From contig CALSSD010000013.1 of NCBI GenBank assembly GCA_943788915.1, positions 62,001-126,000 of the forward strand: a stretch of DNA of 64,000 bases. The letters are read 5' to 3'. The notes below the pieces were generated by a model, which saw only the letters and a program-made list of their open reading frames with translations, made no database searches and was not told the origin of the DNA. Position numbers and translations under genes: made by a program. Numbering within the stretch: the stretch's first letter is position 1; each line of letters starts with the position of its first letter. The stretch is from an uncultured Acidimicrobiales bacterium (GTDB taxonomy: Bacteria; Actinomycetota; Acidimicrobiia; Acidimicrobiales; UBA10347). Positions 52,299 to 64,000 of the stretch are shown one piece after another.

Positions 52299-54095
52299 TC
52301 AGCCGCTGGTAAAGACAAACGACGAGTCCATGTCTTCCTCGATCGCCTTGATGTGATCGATATAGGCATGGAAGCCGCCGTTGTAGTTCCCGTCTTGGCG
52401 ACGGTTTTCAGCACCTTCGAAGTTGTAGTAACCCGGCGTGCATTCGGCGTTGCGGTTCGTCTTACCCCGATGTGAGATCACTTCTTGCACCCACCATTCT
52501 TCGGCTGACCGGCTGACGTCGACGGTGTCGTAGTCGTTGCTGCGGACATAGTCGATCACACTGGCAATATGGTCGCCTTGGACCTGTAACAGGTCGGTCA
52601 GGTTGAACTGGAACGATGCCTGATACCCACCCATAATAAACATGTTTGGGTACCCCTGCGAATGGATACCCACCAGTGTGCGGATGCCGTCGGTGTACTT
52701 CTCGTTCAGCTCCAGTCCGCCTTCGCCTTCGATGCGGTTGTATATACCGGTCTGTTGCACTTCGAAGCCAGTGGCATAGATCAGCAGGTCGACTTCGTAT
52801 TCAACACCATCGAAGATTGGGCCCTTGGGCCCGATCTCAGTGATGCCCTTGCCTTTGGTGTCAACCAGATGGACGTTCGGACGGTTGAACGTTGGCAGAT
52901 AATCGTTGTGGAAACATGGCCGCTTACACATAAGCATGTACCACGGCTTGAGCGACTCGGCGGTGTCTGGATCCTCGACGGTTTCGTCGATGCGCTTGTG
53001 GATGCGCATCATTGCATCGATGTTCGCGTTCTCTTGGCGCCGGACCTTCTCTTCCTGGGTGATGCCCTTGAGATTCTTTCGCTTTTCGGCCTGGTATCGG
53101 AACTTGTCAATGATCTTCTGACGCCGTTGGCGCTGCCATCCATGCTCGAGTTTCTCGGCCCAGGCAGGATCGGTTTCCCAGTCATCACGAATATCGATCG
53201 ATGACGGGGTGCGTTGGAAGACATGGAGCGACTTGGCGGTGGCACCCAGGTTGGGCACGATCTGTACTGCGCTTGCGCCGGTGCCGATGATCCCGACCCG
53301 CAGATCGGCGAGGTTCTCGAGATCTGCGCCGGTGAAGTCGTAGTCCCAACGTGACGTGTGGAACGACGTGCCTTCAAACGTCTCCATGCCGTCGATCAAC
53401 GCCAACCGAGGCTTGGCCAACGTGCCGTTCGCACAGATCACGAAGCGAGCCCGCATGGTGTCGCCCCGGTCGGTGGTGACCACCCACACCTGATCGGTTT
53501 CATTCCAGATGGTCGAGGTGACCGTCGTCTGGAAGACCGCGAGGTCATACAGGTCGTACTTGCGGGCGATCGCCTGGCAATGGGCAAGGATCTCGGGGCC
53601 GCCGGCGTAGTGGCGAGTTGGCACATAGTCGAGTTCGTCGAGCAGCGGCAGGTAGTCGTAACTGACCACGTCGCAGGCCACTCCTGGGTAGCGGTTCCAG
53701 TACCAGGTACCGCCCACATCGGCGCCTCGTTCGACGATCCGAATGCTCTCGACCCCACGTTGGCGGAGCCGGGCCGACGTCAGCAGCGCAGAGAAACCAC
53801 CGCCGATGAACAACACTTCGACCTCGTCCACGATGGGTTCGCGATCGATGACTTCTTCGGCGTACGGATCCTTCTCGTAGTCAGCGAACTCGCCATCGAG
53901 CGCCCGGTACTGTTCGGTACCCGGAGGGCGGTAGTCCAAGCGCACATCGCGCTGTTCGGCGTACTTCGCCTTGATGTCGTCGTAGAAGTCTTGCGGAGGA
54001 CGTTCTTGCTTGTTGTAGTCGGAGATGTCGGCGTTCATCTGAAAACTCGCCGACAAGTCCTTCTGTTTCGCTGCGTTTTTCGTCTCGTCTGCCAT
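52299..54095 (-). CDS. Baeyer-Villiger monooxygenase
   Basis: GGTWYWNRYPG..CD, F.G..FHTSRW, GTGASAVQ, KRPCFH, ATGF. Confidence 0.92.
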   Translation of the reverse strand: MADETKNAAKQKDLSASFQMNADISDYNKQERPPQDFYDDIKAKYAEQRDVRLDYRPPGTEQYRALDGEFADYEKDPYAEEVIDREPIVDEVEVLFIGGGFSALLTSARLRQRGVESIRIVERGADVGGTWYWNRYPGVACDVVSYDYLPLLDELDYVPTRHYAGGPEILAHCQAIARKYDLYDLAVFQTTVTSTIWNETDQVWVVTTDRGDTMRARFVICANGTLAKPRLALIDGMETFEGTSFHTSRWDYDFTGADLENLADLRVGIIGTGASAVQIVPNLGATAKSLHVFQRTPSSIDIRDDWETDPAWAEKLEHGWQRQRRQKIIDKFRYQAEKRKNLKGITQEEKVRRQENANIDAMMRIHKRIDETVEDPDTAESLKPWYMLMCKRPCFHNDYLPTFNRPNVHLVDTKGKGITEIGPKGPIFDGVEYEVDLLIYATGFEVQQTGIYNRIEGEGGLELNEKYTDGIRTLVGIHSQGYPNMFIMGGYQASFQFNLTDLLQVQGDHIASVIDYVRSNDYDTVDVSRSAEEWWVQEVISHRGKTNRNAECTPGYYNFEGAENRRQDGNYNGGFHAYIDHIKAIEEDMDSSFVFTSG

Positions 54096-54163
54096 ACCTG
54101 CAGTCTCGCGCACCAGGGTCCACGGTCTACAGTCGCCGGGAAGTAGATACGGGGGAAGTAGTT

Positions 54164-55351
54164 ATGGGTGAAACATCGGCACCGCAACCGCTAGCAGGCA
54201 TCAAGGTCCTCGACTTATCCCGGGTGTTCGCCGGGCCAGTCTGTGGGCGCATTCTGGCTGACCTGGGTGCCGACGTCGTCAAGGTTGAACCACCAGAAGG
54301 TGATGTGACCCGACTTTGGGGCCGCAAAGCAGCTGGCCTGAGCACGTACTACGTGCAGCAGAACGTGGGCAAACAGAACATCAGCATCGACCTACGAGCC
54401 GACGAAGGACCTGAGCTCATTCGTCGACTCGTCGAAAAGGCCGACATCGTGATCGAGAACTTCCGGCCTGGTGTGATGGCCAAGTATGGGCTTGAATACG
54501 ACGCCCTCAAACAGCTCAAACCCGACCTGGTGATGGTCTCGATCAGCGGCTTCGGACAGGACGGCCCCGAGTCCGGCAGGGCCGCCTACGCAGCGATCCT
54601 CCACGGCGAAGCTGGTGCTATCGACGTCAGCCACGGTGTTCAGGCGGCACACGATGTCAGCTTCAGCGCAGCAGATGTGTTGAGTGGCATGCACGGTGTC
54701 ATCGGGCTGCTGGCAGCGCTCCGGGTCCGAGATCAAACTGGTATTGGCCAACACGTCGACATCGCAATGATGGATGTGATGACGTTCTCGTCCGACCACA
54801 ACCAGGCCATCCTCGACGATGCCGGGCACGAGCCACGCGGCGCCCAACTTTTCGACGCTGCCGGCGGGCCGATCCTTCTCGCGGGTGAAACGAAATGGTT
54901 CTGGCATCAGCTCAGCACCGTGCACGGGCTGGTCGATGCCGGCTCCAAGGACCGCAACGTGGCTGAGAAGAAAGCGGACCGCCATGAGATCATTACCAAC
55001 TGGCTCTTGAGTTTTCCTGACCGTGACTCGCTGATCGCAGCGCTGGATCATGCCAACCTGGCGTGGGGCAATCTTCGCCAGCTCGGCGAAGTCCTCGAAT
55101 CACCAACACTCCAGCACCGGGGCACGGTTGCAACCATCGATAATCGCGACGGCGGCACCCGACAGGTCGTGCGGTCGCCGTACAAGATGACGGCCAGCGA
55201 GACCCGTGACCCAGGCCAGATCGCGATGCGAGGCGAGCACAATCACGACGTGCTCACCGAATGGCTCGACATGTCACTCACCGACATCGACCAGTTGGTC
55301 GCTGGCAATGTATTGCTCCATGATGAGTGGGCCGCTCAGCACCAGGATTAG
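54164..55351 (+). CDS. CaiB/BaiF family III CoA-transferase
   Basis: LAGIKVLDLS..AGP, LADLGADV.KVE, ENFRPG. Confidence 0.9.
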   Translation: MGETSAPQPLAGIKVLDLSRVFAGPVCGRILADLGADVVKVEPPEGDVTRLWGRKAAGLSTYYVQQNVGKQNISIDLRADEGPELIRRLVEKADIVIENFRPGVMAKYGLEYDALKQLKPDLVMVSISGFGQDGPESGRAAYAAILHGEAGAIDVSHGVQAAHDVSFSAADVLSGMHGVIGLLAALRVRDQTGIGQHVDIAMMDVMTFSSDHNQAILDDAGHEPRGAQLFDAAGGPILLAGETKWFWHQLSTVHGLVDAGSKDRNVAEKKADRHEIITNWLLSFPDRDSLIAALDHANLAWGNLRQLGEVLESPTLQHRGTVATIDNRDGGTRQVVRSPYKMTASETRDPGQIAMRGEHNHDVLTEWLDMSLTDIDQLVAGNVLLHDEWAAQHQD

Positions 55352-55386
55352 GTAGCTCTCCGGTCACCCCATCGATTGAAGGACGC

Positions 55387-56217
55387 ATGCGTTTAGAGAA
55401 CAAGGTCGCGATCATCACTGGCGCGGGAAGTGGCATCGGGGCCGAGAGCGCCCGTCGGTTCGTTGCAGAGGGTGCCAAGGTCTTGATCGCCGATATGCAG
55501 GATGACAAGGGCCAGGCGGTTGCCGATGAACTTGGCGATGCTGCGCACTTCTTACACGTCGACGTGTCTCAGGAGCAGCATGTGGAAGCTGCCGTGGCCG
55601 AGGCGGTCGCGACCTGGGGCAAACTCGACATCATGTTCAACAATGCCGGTTTTGGCGGCGCGTTGGGATCGATCGAAACTACGACCGTCGATGACTTCGA
55701 CATCACCTTCGACGTATTGGTCAAGGGTGTCTTCTTAGGCATCAAACACGCCATTCCTGCGATGCGGGCCGCAGGCGGCGGCGCGATCATCAACACCGCC
55801 TCGGTGGCTGGCCTGCAGGCTGGTTACTCGCCACATCTTTACAGCGTCGCCAAGTCGGCGGTCATCCATCTGACCAAGTCCGTGGCACTCGAAGTTGGTC
55901 AAGACAACATCCGGTGCAACTGCATCTGCCCTGGCATCATCGCCACTCCCCTGGCGGCGGGCCATCCCAAGACCACCGACGAACAACTCGACAGGCTCAA
56001 ACGAGGCCTGGGCAAGACCCAGGTGCTTGGGCGTATTGGTGACCCGGTCGACATCGCCAACGCTGCGGTCTTCCTGGCAAGCGACGAGTCCAGCTTCATC
56101 ACCGGCCACGCCCAGGTGGTCGACGGCGGTGCCTACGCAGGGAAACCGTGGGCTCGCCAAGGTGATTGGATCACCGCGGATCGACCAATCAAGATGTACC
56201 GGCCCGAAGACCGATGA
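55387..56217 (+). CDS. SDR oxidoreductase
   Basis: TGAGSGIG, NNAG, YSVAK. Confidence 0.9.
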   Translation: MRLENKVAIITGAGSGIGAESARRFVAEGAKVLIADMQDDKGQAVADELGDAAHFLHVDVSQEQHVEAAVAEAVATWGKLDIMFNNAGFGGALGSIETTTVDDFDITFDVLVKGVFLGIKHAIPAMRAAGGGAIINTASVAGLQAGYSPHLYSVAKSAVIHLTKSVALEVGQDNIRCNCICPGIIATPLAAGHPKTTDEQLDRLKRGLGKTQVLGRIGDPVDIANAAVFLASDESSFITGHAQVVDGGAYAGKPWARQGDWITADRPIKMYRPEDR

Positions 56218-57057
56218 GCGCCCGACGGTTAGCAAAGTTATTCGGCACGTTCCACAACATCAGCTATTACGCACCCGAGATGAAGGCGTTCGCCGATCTG
56301 GGATTGCCTGAATACTGGCGGGCGTACATGGCGTATCGCTCTGCCCCTATGGGGATTGTTCCGCCGTCAGTAGTCGAGGCGACGTTCTACAACTTCTCGC
56401 CGTCGCACGTGCAAGCGGGCATCCCGTCGGCGTGGTCCACCACGAATCCAGCCGAGGTGCTCGCGTTGCGCGACCGGGCCATTGCTGCGGCACTTCACCG
56501 TGGCCTCGGCGATGCCCCTGACGTGCATCAGATCGCCGAAGCTGCCGACCTTGCGTTACCCCCAATTCTTGCCTGTGAAGCCGGAGCCCGACCGCTGTTC
56601 GCCGCCCATCGCGAACTCGCTGTCCCCGAGGACCCGATCATGCGTTTATGGTTCGCCTGCACGTTGTGGCGCGAGCACCGAGGCGATGGCCACAACATTG
56701 CACTCGCCGCAGCAGAGATCGATGGCATCGAATGTCATGTCCTACTTGCGGCCAAAGGGGTAGGCACGAAAGAGATCATCGGCACAATTCGTGGCTGGTC
56801 TTCTACAGCATGGGACCAGGCTGAGCAACGCCTGATTGCACGCGGACTGGTCACCGCAACGGGAACGTTCACCGACGCTGGCGAGGCGGTGCGGTCCGAG
56901 ATCGAGGCCCACACCGATCGACTTGCCGGAGCTCCACGCGAACCTGCTTGGCGACGATACGGATCGGGTGCTCGAGCTGCTTGAGCCGCTGGTTGGTCAG
57001 CTGATTGGTTCTGGGGCTGTGCCCGGCCGTTGGCCACCTCCCAAAGTTCCTGCCTGA
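56214..57057 (+). CDS. SCO6745-family protein (frameshift ~56940)
   Basis: Y...RSAP.G, A.FYNF, REHRGDGH, RGWS...W. Confidence 0.75.
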
Positions 57058-57144
57058 CACCGGCTTCGGCGATCAGGACTGACCATCCAGTCTTCAAGGG
57101 GACGGGCGAGTTTGCGCGCCCCGACGGGACACTAGGCTCGCACC

Positions 57145-58138
57145 ATGCTTCGGTGGGCAGTCCTTGGAACTGGGTTCATCTCCAACACGGTGATCGAGGC
57201 CATTGCCCTCAGTGATGGCTCTCGGGTAGATGTGATGGCGGGCCGCAACCGCGACAAGGTTGCTCACTTCCAGAAACGTCACGGGATTGCTCGAGGCGCT
57301 TCGTACCCCGACGCTCTTGCCGATCCTGAGATCGATGCGATCTACATCGGCCTGCCAAATCACCTGCACCATCCGTTCGCTCGGCGCAGCAGCCCAGGCG
57401 GGAAAGGCGGTGCTCTCAGAGAAATCGCTCACGACCACGATGCAGGACGCGCACGAACTGGCCTCGATGGTCCAGGAGCACGGGACGTTCTTCGTTGAGG
57501 GTCTGATGTATTTGGCACACCCGGTGCACCGCCGGTTCGTTGAGTTGCTGACCGACGGACGTCTGGGAGGGCTCCGCTCCATTACGGCTCGGTACGGCGC
57601 CAGCATCGGCCATCTGGTGAACCCAGCTGGCCGAGGCACGATCTACAACCTGGGGTGTTATCCCGTCTCGCTTGCGCATCTTGTCGTACAGACCATGCTC
57701 GGTGACAGCGCCTTCGGTGATCGTTCAGTGTCGGCGTCTGGACTCGCCAATGGTGGCGGCGGCACCGTGTCCGACGCTGCACTGGTGGTGCGATTCGGCA
57801 ACGACGTGTTGGCGAGCGTGCAGTCCAGCGACAGTTACGGAAACACCAGTGAATTCTCGGTGGCGGGCGACAACGGCGTGTTGCGATTCGAAACGAATCC
57901 TTGGCTCCCCGAGGCAGGCGACAACGTGATCAGCTGGCGTCCCTACGACGGTCCTCCAGAGAAGATCGTGGTCGACGACCAGCACGACGCGTTCTATCAC
58001 CAGATCAAAATGGTCGAACATCATGTCGCGGCTGGACACACGCAGGCTGAGCGTCCCTCTCCCCGCCTGTCCGACTCGCTCGAGATCATGGAGCTGTTGA
58101 CCGAATGGGAACGATTGTGCCTCCCGCCACCGCTCTAA
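57145..58138 (+). CDS. Gfo/Idh/MocA oxidoreductase (frameshift ~57380)
   Basis: WAVLGTGFIS, YIGLPNHLH, GKAVL.EK. Confidence 0.82.
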
Positions 58139-58149
58139 CCTGAACTGCA

Positions 58150-59307
58150 ATGGCTACTTGGCGGCTCGATCCAGCGACGACCCATCTCAACCACGGCTCG
58201 TTCGGTGCCACGCCGAGCGAGGTACTCGACCACCAAAGTGCACTTCGCTCTGAGATGGAACACAATCCTGTCGACTTCATGATGCGGCAGTACCAGCCGC
58301 TGCTCGAAGCGTCGCGCTCGGCCGTCGCCAGCTTTGTGGGCGCTGACGCTGACGGTCTTGTCTTTGTACCAAACGCCACCTACGGCGTGAACTCGGTCCT
58401 GCGTTCACTCGAACCGCAGTTGCCGCCGGGCGCCGACATTCTGATCACCAACCACACCTACAACGCATGTCGAAACGCCGCCGCCGAAACGGCTCGCCGG
58501 ATTGGCGGCCAACTCGTTGTGGCCGATATCCCATTTCCAATCGACGATCCGCAGGTGGTGGTCGAAGGCGTCTATGCAGCGGTCACGCCAGCCACCAAGG
58601 TTGTTGTGCTCGACCACGTCACGTCGGCAACCGCGCTGATTCTTCCCGTGCGCGAGATCATCGCCGCTCTCGACCCACAGCTCCTGGTGGTCGTTGACGG
58701 CGCTCACGCACCCGGCATGATCGACGTCGACCTCGAGCGCCCTGGGAGCCGCCTTCTACACCGCCAACTGCCATAAATGGATGTGTGCACCCAAGGGCGC
58801 CGCATTCCTCTGGGTCGCCGACGCGTTCCGAGACACCATCGGTGCCGTGGCTGTGAGTCACGGCTACAACGATGGCTGGCCGTCCGAGCGCCTCGCGATT
58901 CCATGCACAATTCGATTGGACCGGTACCGACGATCCAACTGCCCGATTATCGGTCCCGACTGCGTTAGCGGTACTCGGAACGCATCTGCCAGGCGGGTGG
59001 CCTGCCATACGAAGCTTCGAATCATGCGCTGGTCCATCAAGGCCGAGAGCTGCTGACGGCTGCACTCGATACGGATACGCCCACGCCGGCCGAAATGATC
59101 GGCTCCATTGCCTCACTGCCTATCCCGCTCGATCGTTACCCCGGCCACAACGCTCTCGATGTGGTCGAGTCGCTACATGACAACTGGTCAATCGAGGTGC
59201 CCGTGTCACCATGGCCAACACCCGAAGATCGACTGCTACGTATCTCGGCGCAGCAGTACAACACCCTTAACGACTACGAACTGCTGGCCCGGGCGCTCAC
59301 GTCATAG
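58150..59307 (+). CDS. Aminotransferase class V PLP enzyme (isopenicillin N epimerase / C-S lyase-like; several frameshifts)
   Basis: [42 protein letters not shown]. Confidence 0.8.
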
Positions 59308-59316
59308 TTGAACCAG

Positions 59317-60327
59317 CTACCCCGGCGTCGAAAACCCGCCGTCGTTTGGTGGATCGGGTCGAGGAACAGGCGTGTGCGACGCCGGCGTTGGGGTCACCGG
59401 CGGGACCGCTGCCGGGGGCCCAGGCTCGAAGCCTGAGGGGGGTTGCACGTTCGCGACCGGTGTGCGGGGCAACGCACCGGGAGGCGGTGGGAGGTTCGCT
59501 GCTGGCCGTGTCGTGGGTTGTCCCCAACGAGCTCCGGGTATGACGGGAGCCGTCGTAGGCGGAGGTGGCGGCGGTGCGCCAGGACCTTGGGTGGCCGTCG
59601 CTATTGCCGTCAGGTAGTCCATCGACGGCACCGTTAGCGGACGGGCTGCATGGGGCAGTCGTTCGCTGACCAACAACGCCACGTCATCTGCGAGTCGAGC
59701 ACGAGCACTCTCGTCGAGGTCGTGGCGGGTCAAGAAGTCGCGGACCAGCTGGTATCCATCGTTGCCGAGGCCTTGGGTATCGACCGTCTGTGCCCAGCCA
59801 ACCAGATAGTGCGGGGCATAAAAATGCAGGGCACCAGATGGCAGCTTGTTGGCTGGATCTCGAATCACCATGGTGCCAGCAACGAGATCTCCGAGACGTT
59901 GACCTCGTTTGGTGATCAGTGATGACACCACCGCAACCGTGCCCGCGGTGAGTAGCAGGTCAACGATGCCAAGGAGGGAGCGAATGAAAGCCTGGCGAAA
60001 CCGCACTGGGGCGCCCTCGACCGTGACGACCCGGGTCTTTACGACCATCCGGCCAACCGTTCGACCACGGTTGAAGGTCTCCATGCTCACCGAGTAGCCG
60101 AGCACGATCACGATTAGGCCAACAAGCAGAATGACGAGGCCGAGAACACCAGACCCGGAGCCGATCACGCCTACGAAGAACAGGAATCCGATGAGCACGA
60201 TGAACTGCAAGGCAAGGTCGATGCCGTACGCAATTGACCGAGAGCCCAAACCTGCGAGTTCGAAGTCAAGAACGACGGCTTCGGGCGTGATGATCGATCC
60301 GCTGCCGTAGCCATCCACCGTCGTCAC
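59317..60327 (-). CDS. RDD family protein with Pro-rich tail
   Basis: TPEAV.L...LAGLGSR, G.T.G, QRLGDLVAGT. Confidence 0.88.
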   Translation of the reverse strand: MTTVDGYGSGSIITPEAVVLDFELAGLGSRSIAYGIDLALQFIVLIGFLFFVGVIGSGSGVLGLVILLVGLIVIVLGYSVSMETFNRGRTVGRMVVKTRVVTVEGAPVRFRQAFIRSLLGIVDLLLTAGTVAVVSSLITKRGQRLGDLVAGTMVIRDPANKLPSGALHFYAPHYLVGWAQTVDTQGLGNDGYQLVRDFLTRHDLDESARARLADDVALLVSERLPHAARPLTVPSMDYLTAIATATQGPGAPPPPPPTTAPVIPGARWGQPTTRPAANLPPPPGALPRTPVANVQPPSGFEPGPPAAVPPVTPTPASHTPVPRPDPPNDGGFSTPG

Positions 60328-60345
60328 GGCCACTATTCTACGAGC

Positions 60346-61395
60346 ATCGCAACGATCGACCAGTTCATTCGCACCCACGATGCAGCGTGGCAGCGCCTGG
60401 CCACGCTTACAAAGCAGGTCCGTTCCCATCCAACCCAGCTGTCACGTGCCGAACGCGACGAGTTCCTCGATCTGTATCAACGCACCTCGGCCCACTTGTC
60501 CCAACTGCGGACGACGACTCCCAACGCAGCCCTTGATGGGCGGCTGACCACGCTGCTTGCTGATTCAAGCGACGCGTTGTACGGCCAGCGAAAGACCGAT
60601 GCCAAGAGTTTCTTCCGCTTCTTTAACGAGACCTTCCCTGCCGCTGTCTGGCACATCCGGGGCCACATCGCAGCCTCGGCAGCGCTGTTGCTCGTTCCGG
60701 CCGTGATCATGGGCACCTGGGTGGGTGTGTCCGACAGTGCCCAGAACACGATTCCGCCAGCGCTGGCCGAAACATACGTGAACGAGGACTTCGAGGCCTA
60801 CTACTCAAGCGAGGCGGCGGCGGAGTTCGCGACCACAGTGTTCATCAACAACATTTGGGTCTCCTTTCTTGCGTTTGCACTCGGCATCGCCTTCTGTGTC
60901 GGGACGGCGTACGTGCTCGTGAACAACGGCATGGCCATTGGCCAAGCTGGCGGGCTGTTTGCTGCGTCGGGCCAGCTCGACAAGTTCTTCGGGCTTATCC
61001 TGCCGCATGGACTGCTGGAGTTGAGTGCGATTGTTGTTGCTGGTGGCACTGGTTTGGTTCTCGGATGGACGATCATCTCGCCCGGCGATCGCACGCGTGC
61101 AGATGCACTCGCCGAAGAAGGGCGCCGGGCGGTCGTCGTTGTTATGGGTCTGGTGTTGGTGTTCTTCGCTGCGGCTCTCATCGAAGGGTTCGTCACGGGT
61201 GCGCCGCTATCGACCGTGACCCGGGTCGGGATCGGGGCAGCCGCGTGGATGGCATTCACCTTGTATGTCGTCGTCTACGGACGCCGTGCAGCGGCCCACG
61301 GTCGCACCGGCTTGTGGGGCGACGATCGGCCCCGGTGGTCCGATGCACCCACCGTCGAATTCTCTAACCGGGCCACCGTTGCCTTGCCTGATTAG
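60346..61395 (+). CDS. Stage II sporulation protein M (SpoIIM/DUF95) family membrane protein
   Basis: Frame open from 60346 (IDQF...W.RL...LYQRTS.HL); NN..V, ILPHGLLEL, A.IEGFVT. Confidence 0.85.
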   Translation: MATIDQFIRTHDAAWQRLATLTKQVRSHPTQLSRAERDEFLDLYQRTSAHLSQLRTTTPNAALDGRLTTLLADSSDALYGQRKTDAKSFFRFFNETFPAAVWHIRGHIAASAALLLVPAVIMGTWVGVSDSAQNTIPPALAETYVNEDFEAYYSSEAAAEFATTVFINNIWVSFLAFALGIAFCVGTAYVLVNNGMAIGQAGGLFAASGQLDKFFGLILPHGLLELSAIVVAGGTGLVLGWTIISPGDRTRADALAEEGRRAVVVVMGLVLVFFAAALIEGFVTGAPLSTVTRVGIGAAAWMAFTLYVVVYGRRAAAHGRTGLWGDDRPRWSDAPTVEFSNRATVALPD

Positions 61396-61404
61396 GAGCG
61401 CTGC

Positions 61405-62754
61405 TTATAGCCGACCCCGGGCCTTGAACCGGAGGTAGGCGTCGGCGAGTTGGGTGGCGAGTTCATCGGGTGGCGCGTCGATGACGGTTGCGCCCATACT
61501 CTGCAGCCTGGCTATCGCCTGGTCGCGCTCAGCCAGCGACGCGATAGCTGCCGCTTGGCGATGGGCGCCTTCGGCATCGTTGACCTCAGCTCGAGCCCAG
61601 CCTTCGACCTCAGGGTCCCGCACTGCGCCGACCAACACGAGATGCGTGCGGGCGATAAGAGGGAGCGCGTGGCATGAGCGATTCATCTACGGCCTGAACC
61701 ACCAGGTCTGTCAACACCACCAACATTGCTCGCCGACGAAACCGGCTCACCGTGGTCGCGAACGCATTGCGGTAGTCGCTCTCGACCAGCACCGGTTGAA
61801 GTGCATACATGGCACGGGTGATTCGTCCGAGCTGACCTCGTCCGGCTGCAGGACCGACCACGCTGCGAACCTCACGATCAAAGATGACCAGGCCGCACTT
61901 GTCCCCCAGCCCGGTCGAAACTCGAGCCAGGGTCAACACTGCGTCCATGGCGTGTTCAACACGGGGCACATTCGCCACCCGACCAGCCATAACCCGGCCA
62001 TTGTCTAACAAACAGACAACCCGCTGGTTTTGCTCGGCTCGAAAAGTCCGAACGATCGGACGCCCTGCACGCGCAGTGGCTGCCCAGTCGATTCGGCGGT
62101 ATTCGTCGTCTGGTACATACTCGCGGAGTTGATCGAACTCGGTTCCGGTCCCGAGCCCACGAGATGATCGCAGGCCAACCTCGAGAATCCGGGACTGTCC
62201 GATACGAAGCTCTGCATCCTCCCGTGACCGGAACGGCGGCAACACTCGCAGCAGCGCCGGAAGTGAGCGGCGATGTTGCCTGGCCCCAAGGCCGAGCGGG
62301 CCTTCCACTCGGACGATCAGGTCCTCAATCACGAAGTCGCCTCGACGGGCAGGCATGATCTCGGTGGTTACCGTGGCCGAACCTCGGGCTGGCAATGTCA
62401 CTCGGGCCCGTCTGACGCCAGCTCGCAGTGACGGCGCAAACTCGTCGCCGAACGCAACAGTACGTCGGACCGATCCGGGATTGCGCAGGTTCCACGTGAC
62501 ATCACCACGGACATTCAGGGCGATCGCTCGAGGCATCTCTCGGTCGATCTCGATGCTGCCGGCCTTGCCTGCCAGCAGTCCATCGATTGCAGCAAGGCCA
62601 AGCAACACCACATTGGCGCGACAACCGGACCTGGCAAATCCCACGGACCCACCGCCAGCGTGTCTGCGACACCCGGCCATGAGTCGGGGCCGAACAACAT
62701 CGCGACCGCAACAAGCACGGCGAGGATCGCGAGGCGACGGGTAGGAACAAGCAC
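61405..62754 (-). CDS. DUF58 protein (frameshifts ~62640, ~61680)
   Basis: GTEFDQLREYVP.DE.R.IDW.ATAR, LDNGR.M, VVLTDL. Confidence 0.85.
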
Positions 62755-62784
62755 GGTGAGAGGTCTGGGTTTATCGAGTCGGGG

Positions 62785-63824
<1,040 letters not shown>

Positions 63825-63828
<4 letters not shown>

Positions 63829-64000
63829 CGGTCAGTGCTTTCGGTCGGGATGTCTCGAGGGGCTTGTTGGTCAGGTGTGCGTACCGGCATCGCCTTGTTG
63901 GCGCCAGCGGTGTCAAAGAGTTGTGCATCGAGCGTGTGCAACAGCTGCGCGGTCTGGACCAGTTCAGGGTCTGTCGCCACCAGCCCGTACAGTCCGTGTT
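63825..64000 (-). CDS. C-terminus of probable DUF4350 protein (partial)
   Basis: LYG..ATD.ELVQ.AQ.L; stop overlaps MoxR start; usual gene order. Confidence 0.5.

Overview
High-GC actinobacterial chromosome segment, most consistent with Acidimicrobiia (inferred from F420-type LLM enzymes, ppgK, an SCO6745-like protein, the MoxR/DUF58/RDD/SpoIIM block and pervasive leaderless TANNNT promoters). It is gene-dense and mostly metabolic. I found no rRNA, tRNA, CRISPR or mobile element. About a dozen genes carry single-base frameshifts, best explained as long-read indel errors. The main discovery is a minus-strand operon (~35.0-42.1 kb) encoding two paralogous 176-aa selenoproteins that the ORF track splits at in-frame UGA codons (U-G-S-C motif, resembling the GrdB/PrdB Sec site, with candidate SECIS hairpins). 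Each is paired with a ~350-370-aa TDGLP-motif partner protein, together with a flavin monooxygenase, an amidase and a nitronate monooxygenase. The operon lies directly upstream of a gamma-butyrobetaine/carnitine catabolic trio. Also notable: a family-A DNA polymerase lacking the 5' nuclease, with two large fingers-region insertions and a PafBC-type promoter; a LexA box on an AlkB-like gene; a LysM lipoprotein with Cys-pair repeats; a USP/LacI chimeric scar; and an unannotated leaderless 16-codon ORF.
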